Both the position numbers and the translations under genes were made by a program. From positions 1 to 48,186 of the forward strand of contig JACOTS010000092.1 in NCBI GenBank assembly GCA_016178265.1: a stretch of DNA of 48,186 nucleotides, written 5' to 3'. Shown in pieces: positions 26,917 to 35,008 of the stretch. The notes beneath the pieces were generated by a model, which saw only the letters and a program-made list of their open reading frames with translations, had not been told where the DNA came from and made no database searches. The stretch is from Candidatus Melainabacteria bacterium. Its GTDB lineage: Bacteria > Cyanobacteriota > Vampirovibrionia > 2-02-FULL-35-15. The first letter of the stretch is position 1, and every line of letters begins with the position of its first letter.

Positions 26917-27258
26917 ATGGCATTAGATAAAGAACCTATAGTAGTTTTAGTTACAACTCAAGATATAAATGAAGCTGAAAAAATTGCAGGGGAATTAGTA
27001 AAAGAAAATCTTGCTGCTTGCGTTAATATTGTAAATAAAGTTCGCTCTGTATATAAGTGGCAAGGGGAAGTTTGTAGAGATACTGAAGCACTTTGTATCA
27101 TAAAAACAGTAAAAAACAATTTTGAAGCTTTAAAAGATAAAGTTAAATCAATGCATAGTTACACTGTTCCAGAAGTTATAGGATTGCCTATTGAAATAGG
27201 GTCAGAAAAGTACTTAAAATGGCTTGTTAAAGAAAGTAAGATCCTGGCTAAAACTTAA
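26917..27258 (+). CDS. cutA: Divalent-cation tolerance protein CutA
   Basis: 113 aa. LAACVNIV, SVYKWQGEV and HSYTVPEVI motifs typical of CutA1. Confidence 0.85.
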   Translation: MALDKEPIVVLVTTQDINEAEKIAGELVKENLAACVNIVNKVRSVYKWQGEVCRDTEALCIIKTVKNNFEALKDKVKSMHSYTVPEVIGLPIEIGSEKYLKWLVKESKILAKT

Positions 27259-27414
27259 ATTAATCTAATATATCTCACATTAAGTTAATCAAATATATCA
27301 AAATAACCGTAGATAAAATTATTACTGGACATTAAATGTTATTTCTAATAGAATTAATCTCAATTTGTCGAACTGAATATCTATTAAAAAGTTAGTAAAA
27401 TTCAATGAGGAATT

Positions 27415-29139
27415 ATGACGCTTCTTGCAGTACCAGTTGGTAGGGTAATTGCCGAAAGGCTACACACCACCAAACCTACTACTTTCGTACCACCTAAACT
27501 TCCCGTAAGAGAATCTTTAGTAGTTCATAGAAACGGACATCATGATTTTAAAGTACCAAGTGTATCTAATTTTCTTACTGGACATGGATATTTTGCAGAT
27601 GAGTTTAGAGATTTTGTAGATGGACATCCTCTTGAAAGCATAATTCTAAGACCGCTACATGAGCTTACTTCTACTACAGAACTGCAAAGCGTTTTGGATC
27701 ATATTGAATTTGAGTTAGGTTGCTACCCAAATGGTGCTATTCCTGCATCTACAAGACCTGAAAGCGGTTATTCAAAATTTGCATGGACAAGAGATATGGC
27801 AAATAAAACACTTGCAATGATAGAAGCAGGTGATTTTACCAATGCCAAAAAAGTAGTTTACAGGCTAGCCGAGTTTTACAATGCAAAGGAACAAAGAGAT
27901 AAACTTGTTTCATATCACTGGCATCCACATGGGGATCCTGCAGAGCCTGTTTTAAGATACCAGTCCGGTAATGGACATCCTCCAATAAGAGCTGCTATTG
28001 ATGATAAGGGCGAAATGGTGCACAGTAATCACCCATGGGCACATAACCAGTTTGATGCAATGGGCGCATGGTTATATACCACTTTTTATCTTGCTGATAT
28101 CTTAGGAGATCCTTCACACTCAAGACATGAGCCAAATTTTTATGAGCCTGACTTTCTTAAAAATCTTGACCATCACTTAAGTTTTGGAGATGGTCAAAAC
28201 AGAGATAACTCTGCTGATTCAATCTTTTCTGTAGCATTTAAATCCCTCAATAGAGTAAGAGTATGGGATAACCACGATGTAGGACCTTGGGAAGATGTAT
28301 GGGCAAGAAAAAGAGCCTCAAGTATTGGAATTTGCTTAGCTGCAGCAAAAACTGCTAAAGCACATTTAGAAAAAAACAATTGGTCTAACTTAAATATTTA
28401 TAATAGGGATGACTTTAAAGTTGAGCTTCAAAACTTAATGCATCAATGTGGTATAGCAATTCAACATAGAATTCCCGGTGATGGAAGAGAACCAACAGAA
28501 TGTGATATATTTCCATCTGATTCTGCTTTAACATTTCTTTTATACCCATATAATCCTGGGCTTACTAATGAACAAGAATTGTCTATTTTAAAGTCACTGT
28601 ATACACATAGAATGGGAGCTGTAGGTTTTACAAGAAGAAATGATGATGAATACTTAGGTATGGATTACCACACTAATTTACAAAGCCAAGGAATATATGC
28701 AAACAAGTTTGTCCCTGATTTTAAAGCGGCAGAGTGGACTCTATTTGATCCATATCTTGCTACCTACTATACAAATAAAGTACTTGAACAATTATTTAAA
28801 CACGGCACAATAGACAGAGACAGACTAGAGCTTGCAGAATTTCATCTTAGAAGATCTATGGCACACATTACAAAGGAAGATGAGAAATATACAAAAAGAT
28901 ATTACGTTGCGTCGGGAGAGACACTGAAAAAAGAACTAGTTAAAACTAATGGCAAACGCCTCCCAGAAGCTTACTTTTTTGATTCATTTGCAAATGATGA
29001 AAAAGGCAAATGGAGAGCAAATGAAAACACTCCTCTTCTTTGGACAGAAGCAAATTTTTTAATCTTGCTTAGAAAACAGCTTGAGCTTAAATCAATACTT
29101 GAAAGATATTTCCCTGATATTCATGCAATGGCTGCTTAA
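27415..29139 (+). CDS. Glycoside hydrolase family 15 (glucoamylase-like) protein
   Basis: 574 aa. FAWTRDMA and GPWEDVW motifs, equivalent to the WxRD and catalytic WEE regions of the GH15 (alpha/alpha)6 barrel. GAGGA Shine-Dalgarno. Confidence 0.65.
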   Translation: MTLLAVPVGRVIAERLHTTKPTTFVPPKLPVRESLVVHRNGHHDFKVPSVSNFLTGHGYFADEFRDFVDGHPLESIILRPLHELTSTTELQSVLDHIEFELGCYPNGAIPASTRPESGYSKFAWTRDMANKTLAMIEAGDFTNAKKVVYRLAEFYNAKEQRDKLVSYHWHPHGDPAEPVLRYQSGNGHPPIRAAIDDKGEMVHSNHPWAHNQFDAMGAWLYTTFYLADILGDPSHSRHEPNFYEPDFLKNLDHHLSFGDGQNRDNSADSIFSVAFKSLNRVRVWDNHDVGPWEDVWARKRASSIGICLAAAKTAKAHLEKNNWSNLNIYNRDDFKVELQNLMHQCGIAIQHRIPGDGREPTECDIFPSDSALTFLLYPYNPGLTNEQELSILKSLYTHRMGAVGFTRRNDDEYLGMDYHTNLQSQGIYANKFVPDFKAAEWTLFDPYLATYYTNKVLEQLFKHGTIDRDRLELAEFHLRRSMAHITKEDEKYTKRYYVASGETLKKELVKTNGKRLPEAYFFDSFANDEKGKWRANENTPLLWTEANFLILLRKQLELKSILERYFPDIHAMAA

Positions 29140-30345
29140 TTACTTATTAGTAAGTACTTCTTTTTCTTTAGGGTTTAATTCATACAGTCCTTGTATTGTA
29201 TTTTTATCTCTTTCTGTAAGCTTTATTTCTTTAACTTCCCCCTCAAACATAAAGTCATTTGGATTAGGACTAAATCCCCAAAGTCCAAGTGCATGACCAA
29301 CTTCTCTTGCTGCAATCAGTTTTACCTTTTCAAGCCTCTCTTCTTTCTCAAGCTTTGACAAAGGTTCAAGTGGAAGTGCAATTTGAGACTGAAAATAAAT
29401 ATATGGACTTACCATTATTTTGCCGAGCACACGAAAGTTTTTTTTATCTCTTATTATCGGATAACTATAAGCATCTAATGTTTCAACGAGGCTACTATCA
29501 TTTTTACTTTTTACTGTTAGTTTTGATGGGAATACAACTCTAATTTGAGTGTTTTCTAGAATCTCTTTTTCTTTTTTCTTAGCTTCTTTTTCTGATAGCT
29601 TTGTTACTTGAGAATTATCTACTATTTTGAACTTTAATTTTGGAAGTGCTTCCATCCATACATCTGCACCAGCTAAAAAGGCATTTTCAAATTCTTTAGG
29701 ATACTTAGTAGCATCTGCAAGAGTAGGGAAAAAATAGATATTCAAAGGAGTATTTAAATTAAACCTAACATAAAGTTCTTTGCCTTCATGCTTTGTTTTT
29801 ACAAGCGGCAAATAATCACCACCTGAGATATTCTCCTCACCATGCCTTAAAAGATGACTTAAAAATTGAACTGTTTGTTTTACATTTTCTCTATCAGGTG
29901 CTTCAGGAGGTGCTAGTTTTAAATATTCACTATATGAATCTAAAGCCTTTTTGAACTCTTGTTTTTTTTCATATGCTTGCCCTAATCCAAGATAAGCCAC
30001 CCAAAGAATAGAATCAATTTCAATTGATTTTTTCCAGAAAGTTATGGCCTGATCTACATTTCCTTCTTCCCAGCTTGCAACAGCCTTATTAAATTCAACA
30101 ATTGCTTCTTTTTTATAATATTTTTCTGAAATCTCAAGTGGAAGCTTGGTTTCTTTTACTGGATTTTCACTTAATGAGTTCTTATTTTTTTCTTGATTAG
30201 GAACCTCTTCTTGAGAATGTGAACCTTGAATTATAAAATTTACTAGTATTAATAGGATTAAGAGTGCCTTTTTAAGCATTTTCTCTCTGAAAATGCTTTT
30301 TGGGCTCTGTTCATATTTCTTAACTTGAGATATATTTTTTAACAT
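29140..30345 (-). CDS. Secreted TPR-repeat protein with C-terminal metzincin-like domain carrying a degenerate zinc motif
   Basis: 401 aa; the internal ATG at 30279 gives the signal peptide MLKKALLILLILVNFIIQGSHS. TPR-like region around WVAYLGLGQAYEKKQEFKKALDSYSEYLKLAP. C-terminal AAREVGHALGLWGFS compares with the metzincin consensus HExxHxxGxxH. Confidence 0.6.
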   Translation of the reverse strand: MLKNISQVKKYEQSPKSIFREKMLKKALLILLILVNFIIQGSHSQEEVPNQEKNKNSLSENPVKETKLPLEISEKYYKKEAIVEFNKAVASWEEGNVDQAITFWKKSIEIDSILWVAYLGLGQAYEKKQEFKKALDSYSEYLKLAPPEAPDRENVKQTVQFLSHLLRHGEENISGGDYLPLVKTKHEGKELYVRFNLNTPLNIYFFPTLADATKYPKEFENAFLAGADVWMEALPKLKFKIVDNSQVTKLSEKEAKKKEKEILENTQIRVVFPSKLTVKSKNDSSLVETLDAYSYPIIRDKKNFRVLGKIMVSPYIYFQSQIALPLEPLSKLEKEERLEKVKLIAAREVGHALGLWGFSPNPNDFMFEGEVKEIKLTERDKNTIQGLYELNPKEKEVLTNK

Positions 30346-30395
30346 CTACATTATTTAGTATAGCGTAAGAATCTTTACGAAATGGAGAAAAGAGA

Positions 30396-31190
30396 ATGGA
30401 TGCACTTTTAAAAAGCCATGTTGAATCCATGCAACCTATTCAACAACAAAGCGATGTACAGACTCCACAAAAAGAAAAAGAACCCAAGACAAAAGTTTTA
30501 ATTGTAGATGATGAAGCAACTATAAGAAGAATATTGGAAACAAGACTGAAACTTTCAGGTTACCAAGTAGACACAGCAGTTGATGGTGAAGAAGCAATAG
30601 ATAAATTTAATACTTATCTTCCTGATGTAGTTATCTTAGATATCATGTTACCTAAGGTAGATGGATTTACTGTTTGTAAGGAAATTAGATCATATTCAGA
30701 GGTTCCAGTAATTATTCTTTCTGCAGTAGCTGATGTTCAAGAAAGGATAAAAGGTCTTGAGCTTGGTGCTGATGATTATGTAACCAAACCATTTAGTCCT
30801 AATGAACTTGAAGCACGCATAAGATCAGTGCTTCGAAGAGTAACAGATAGGCCTGTTGAACAAACAAGCGGCAACCCAAACAATGTAATAGTTATAAACA
30901 ATCTAAAAATAGACACAAATAAAAGACAAGTATACAAAAACAACGAAAGAGTCAGACTAACCGGTATGGAATTTAATCTTCTTGAACTTTTGGTTAGTAA
31001 TTCAGGAAAAGCATATTCCAGAGCAGATATCTTGCAACAAGTTTGGTCATATCCAGCTGATCATAGAATTGACACAAGAGTAGTTGATGTCCACATAAGT
31101 AGGCTTCGATCAAAACTGGAAGAAGATCCAACAAATCCAGAACTTATTCTTACTGCACGCGGAACCGGATATATGTTTCAGAAAATTTAA
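30396..31190 (+). CDS. OmpR-family response regulator, RpaB/Ycf27-like
   Basis: 264 aa. VLIVDDEATIRRILETRL, DIMLPKVDG, GLELGADDYVTKPFSPNELEARIRSVLRRV and a winged-helix C-terminus. Very close by eye to cyanobacterial RpaB. Has a 33-aa N-terminal extension. Confidence 0.85.
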   Translation: MDALLKSHVESMQPIQQQSDVQTPQKEKEPKTKVLIVDDEATIRRILETRLKLSGYQVDTAVDGEEAIDKFNTYLPDVVILDIMLPKVDGFTVCKEIRSYSEVPVIILSAVADVQERIKGLELGADDYVTKPFSPNELEARIRSVLRRVTDRPVEQTSGNPNNVIVINNLKIDTNKRQVYKNNERVRLTGMEFNLLELLVSNSGKAYSRADILQQVWSYPADHRIDTRVVDVHISRLRSKLEEDPTNPELILTARGTGYMFQKI

Positions 31191-31227
31191 TGTCATTGCT
31201 TCGTCACCCTGTTCCTCGCAATGACAT
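31190..31227. repeat. Palindromic intergenic element (REP-like): ATGTCATTGC - 18-nt loop - GCAATGACAT
   Basis: 10-bp perfect inverted repeat at 31190-31199 and 31218-31227, starting at the last base of the regulator's TAA stop. No U-tract follows. Same arm sequence as the element at 33759-33788 and the half-site at 16976-16985. Confidence 0.75.
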
Positions 31228-31248
31228 TTCACGATAGTATATCTATAT

Positions 31249-32634
31249 ATGGCTAAAAAGCAATCAAACTTATGGTCCGGTCGTTTTAAAAAGAAATCAG
31301 CAAAGCTACTTAGTGAATTTAACGACAGTTTGTCTTTTGATAAAAGGCTTTACAAGCACGATATAAAAGGCTCTATAGCCTATGCACAGGCACTACACAA
31401 AACAAAAATATTAACTGCTAAAGAAACAAAAAAAATAATCTCAGGCTTAAACAAGATTGAAAAGCAAATAGATTCTAAAAAAGATAAATGGTTTACTGAA
31501 AATCAAAATGAAGACATTCATTCATCGGTAGAAAATAAATTAATAAGCCTAATTGGAGAGCCAGGAAGAAAATTACACACAGGAAGAAGCAGAAATGACC
31601 AGGTTGCAACAGATATAAGGTTATATTTAAAAGATGAGCTAAATCAGATTCTTTTGCTCTTAAAGAAGCTAAGGCAAGCTTTTATAACACAAGCTAAAAA
31701 ACACTACAAAACACTGATGCCAGGGTATACTCATCTTCAAAGAGCACAAATTATAACTCTTGGACATCATCTTTTGGCTTATGAACAAAAATTTTCACGG
31801 GATATTGAAAGATTTCAAGATTCTTTTAAAAGAATTGATGTAATGCCTCTTGGCTCCGGGGCACTTGCAGGATCCAGTTTTAATATCGACAGAAGATTTC
31901 TTGCAAAGAAACTTGGTTTCTCTAAAATATCTGAAAACAGTATAGATGCTGTATCAGACAGAGATTTTATTTGTGAATTTTTATTTAACTGTTCACTTTC
32001 AGGGATCCATTTAAGTCAACTAGGAGAAGAAATTATCCTCTGGAGTTCAGAAGAGTTTAAGTTTATTGAAATATCCGATGCATACTCTACAGGAAGCAGC
32101 ATGATGCCTCAAAAGAAAAATCCTGATATTGCTGAGCTTTTAAGGGGGAAAACGGGTAGGTATCTTGGAAATTTAGTAAGTATTTTAAATGTCCTTAAAG
32201 GTTTACCTCATGCTTATAACAAGGATCTTCAAGAAGATAAAGAGGTTATTTTTGACTCAATAGACACTATAAAAGTCATGTTAAAAATATCCAATGAGCT
32301 CCTACAAAATATTTCTTTTAAGAAGGATAAAATGTATCTGGCTGCTAAAGATAGCTTCATGGCAGCTACTGATGTTGCAGACTATTTAACAAAAAAAGGT
32401 ATTCCATTTAGAACTGCTCATGAAATCACTGGGAAAATAGTTTTATATTGTATTAAAAAGAAAAAACAATTAACAGATTTAAGTATTGATGAGTGGAAAA
32501 AGTTTCACAAACTCTTTAATAATGATATTATTGAAAAAATAAAGGTTGAATCTTGTGTAAATGCAAGAAATCAATATGGTGGCACAGCTCCTGCAGAAGT
32601 ACTTAAGGCCATAAAAAGATGTAGTTCAAAATAA
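31249..32634 (+). CDS. argH: Argininosuccinate lyase
   Basis: 461 aa. LWSGRF start, HTGRSRNDQVATD, GYTHLQRAQ, GSSMMPQKKNPD signature. Confidence 0.93.
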   Translation: MAKKQSNLWSGRFKKKSAKLLSEFNDSLSFDKRLYKHDIKGSIAYAQALHKTKILTAKETKKIISGLNKIEKQIDSKKDKWFTENQNEDIHSSVENKLISLIGEPGRKLHTGRSRNDQVATDIRLYLKDELNQILLLLKKLRQAFITQAKKHYKTLMPGYTHLQRAQIITLGHHLLAYEQKFSRDIERFQDSFKRIDVMPLGSGALAGSSFNIDRRFLAKKLGFSKISENSIDAVSDRDFICEFLFNCSLSGIHLSQLGEEIILWSSEEFKFIEISDAYSTGSSMMPQKKNPDIAELLRGKTGRYLGNLVSILNVLKGLPHAYNKDLQEDKEVIFDSIDTIKVMLKISNELLQNISFKKDKMYLAAKDSFMAATDVADYLTKKGIPFRTAHEITGKIVLYCIKKKKQLTDLSIDEWKKFHKLFNNDIIEKIKVESCVNARNQYGGTAPAEVLKAIKRCSSK

Positions 32635-32652
32635 AAGCTCACCACTTAAATT

Positions 32653-33756
32653 ATGAGAGAAAAAAAGCACAATCAAGCAATGATTCTTGCAGCCGGTGTT
32701 GGTTCCAGGTTGGATCCACTGACAAGAGGAATTCCAAAACCACTTGCTCCAATAGTTGGTGCTCCTGTTATGGAACATATTATTAATTTGTGCAAAGAGC
32801 ATGGGTTTACTGATCTCTCAGCCAATATTCACGTAAAAGCTGACAGAATGCGAGAATATTTTTCAAGCGAAATGACAAGTTCCATTGGAGTGTCATTAAA
32901 AATGGTACACGAAAAAGAACTTACCGGTGTAGCAGGTGGTATTAGAAGCTGCAAAAAATACTTAACACAAGATGTTGTTTTAATTATTATGGGAGATGCA
33001 CTTACTGATGCTAATCTAAGCATGCTTTATGAGAAACATCTAAAGAGTGGTTGTGCAGTCACTGCGGGCATTATGGAAATAGACGATACATCTCAATTTG
33101 GAGTTATTGTAACTGATAAAAATGACAGAATAGTTTCATTTCAGGAAAAGCCAAAGTCAGAAGAAGCAAAAAGCAATTTAGCAAACACAGGCATTTACTT
33201 CTTTAATAAGAGTGTACTTGATGAAATGCCTTCTAAAGAAGAATGTCCGATATATGATGTGGCTAAAGACTTATTCCCAAAACTTATGTCACACAATATT
33301 CTTATGCAAGCTATAAAAATTGAAGGCTATTGGGCTGATATAGGTACATTAAAACAATATAAACAAAGTATTGAGGATATACTTAGTGGCAAAGTAAAGA
33401 TAAAATTTAGTGCTAAGAAAACTAATTTTGGCTACCAAGAACAAAGTGCTGTTCTTGATCCCTCTGTAAAAAATTTAGGCAAGGCTTATATAGGAAAAAA
33501 TGTCAGAATAGGTGCAAATGTTACACTTTGCGGGACAGTATGTATTGAAGAAGGGTGTAGAATTGAAGAAGGAAGTTACATTGATAACTCAATATTATGG
33601 CAACACTCACATGTTTCCAAAAACACAAAAGTAATTAATAGCATTTTAGGAAATGATTGTAAAGTTTCAGAAGGGGTTGAAGTAATATCAAATTCAGTAT
33701 GGGCACCAGAAACAACCATAGAAAGAAGTAGTAAGCCTAATGTGGTACTTAAATAA
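32653..33756 (+). CDS. NDP-sugar pyrophosphorylase (nucleotidyltransferase domain plus left-handed beta-helix)
   Basis: 367 aa. AMILAAGVGSRLDPLTRGIPKPL signature, C-terminal hexapeptide-repeat region. Sugar specificity cannot be told from sequence alone. Confidence 0.8.
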   Translation: MREKKHNQAMILAAGVGSRLDPLTRGIPKPLAPIVGAPVMEHIINLCKEHGFTDLSANIHVKADRMREYFSSEMTSSIGVSLKMVHEKELTGVAGGIRSCKKYLTQDVVLIIMGDALTDANLSMLYEKHLKSGCAVTAGIMEIDDTSQFGVIVTDKNDRIVSFQEKPKSEEAKSNLANTGIYFFNKSVLDEMPSKEECPIYDVAKDLFPKLMSHNILMQAIKIEGYWADIGTLKQYKQSIEDILSGKVKIKFSAKKTNFGYQEQSAVLDPSVKNLGKAYIGKNVRIGANVTLCGTVCIEEGCRIEEGSYIDNSILWQHSHVSKNTKVINSILGNDCKVSEGVEVISNSVWAPETTIERSSKPNVVLK

Positions 33757-33758
33757 TA

Positions 33759-33802
33759 TGTCATTGCGAGCGAAGCGAAGCAATGACAAAACGAGTTTGT
33801 CA
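33759..33802. repeat. Palindromic intergenic element (REP-like) plus overlapping second hairpin reaching the rimM start codon
   Basis: TGTCATTGC (33759-33767), 12-nt loop GAGCGAAGCGAA, GCAATGACA (33780-33788). A second stem, TGACAAA (33784-33790) / TTTGTCA (33796-33802), shares bases with the first and ends on the A of the rimM ATG. Confidence 0.75.
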
Positions 33803-34299
33803 TGTTTTTAGTCGGCACAATTGTTGGAACATTTGGAAATAAAGGAGACTTGAAGATAAATCCTTTAATTCAACCCCCTGATTACCTTTTAGAATTAAGC
33901 GATATTTTTGTAGAAGATTCAAGTGGATTTAAGCAAGAATTTGAAGTATTAAGAGTTAAAAAGCATAAGAATATTTACATTGTTACTCTTCAAGGTGTAG
34001 ATAACATGGATGTTGCAGAAGATTTATGCGGACTTTCTGTATACCTTCCAAGCATTGAATTTAAGGAATTACAGGAAAATGAGTTCTATTACCATGAACT
34101 TAAAGGGTTAACAGCATATGCAGAAAGTGGAAATTTAATTGGTACAGTTGATCATGTTTTAAAAAGCGGGAATGATATCCTTGTAATAAAAGACGAGGAA
34201 GGAAAAGAGATAATGGTTCCTTTCGTTGATGAACTGGTGCCTGAAGTAAATCTCAAAGAAAGAACCATAACAATAAATACTATTGAGGGCTTAGTTTAA
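33802..34299 (+). CDS. rimM: 16S rRNA processing protein RimM
   Basis: 165 aa. VGTIVGTFGNKGDLKINP N-terminal PRC-barrel family signature and C-terminal GKEIMVPFV motif. Confidence 0.85.
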   Translation: MFLVGTIVGTFGNKGDLKINPLIQPPDYLLELSDIFVEDSSGFKQEFEVLRVKKHKNIYIVTLQGVDNMDVAEDLCGLSVYLPSIEFKELQENEFYYHELKGLTAYAESGNLIGTVDHVLKSGNDILVIKDEEGKEIMVPFVDELVPEVNLKERTITINTIEGLV

Positions 34300-34326
34300 A
34301 TATATTAATCGTCTTAGTACACATAT

Positions 34327-34980
34327 ATGAAAGATCCTAGAGATATAAAAATAAAAATCTGCGGCATTACATCTGTTTATGATGCAAGGATGGTTTCTTC
34401 TTTTCCTATTCATGCTATAGGACTGAACTTTGTAAAAAGATCTCAAAGAAAAATCGGAATAAAAACAGCAAGAGAAATAATTGACAAACTACCTCCTTTA
34501 ATAGAAACCGTGCTTGTTTTTGAAAATGAAAAAATAAGCGAGGTGATGTATTTATCCTCAATGCTTGCTGTTACAACTATACAACTGCATGGACAAGAAA
34601 CTGTGTCATATTGCCATGATCTAAAAAGATTTAATAAATACGTAAAAGTTATCAAAGCATTTCCAACCAAAGATACCTCTGTAACAGAACTTAATGCTTA
34701 TAGAAAAGTTTGTGATGGGTTTTTACTTGACTCCTATGATAGAAAAGGTAATCTGGGTGGCTCAGGAAGACCTTCTGACTGGCATATTGCAAGTGAAATA
34801 GTTTCTAAAGCCAAGGTACCAATTATCCTTGCTGGGGGAATTAATCCTCAAAATGTAGGCAGTGCACTTAAAAGAGTACAACCATACGCTATTGACGTAA
34901 ATAGCGGCGTGGAATCACGCATAGGTAAAAAAGATAAAAGTATGATGGAAAAATTGTTTGAGGAAATACATGCTACTTAG
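34327..34980 (+). CDS. trpF: N-(5'-phosphoribosyl)anthranilate isomerase
   Basis: 217 aa. IKICGIT start, QLHG, LLDS and ILAGGINPQNV motifs. Confidence 0.85.
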   Translation: MKDPRDIKIKICGITSVYDARMVSSFPIHAIGLNFVKRSQRKIGIKTAREIIDKLPPLIETVLVFENEKISEVMYLSSMLAVTTIQLHGQETVSYCHDLKRFNKYVKVIKAFPTKDTSVTELNAYRKVCDGFLLDSYDRKGNLGGSGRPSDWHIASEIVSKAKVPIILAGGINPQNVGSALKRVQPYAIDVNSGVESRIGKKDKSMMEKLFEEIHAT

Positions 34981-35008
34981 CATAATCTAATTTAGTTATA
35001 ATAATTAT

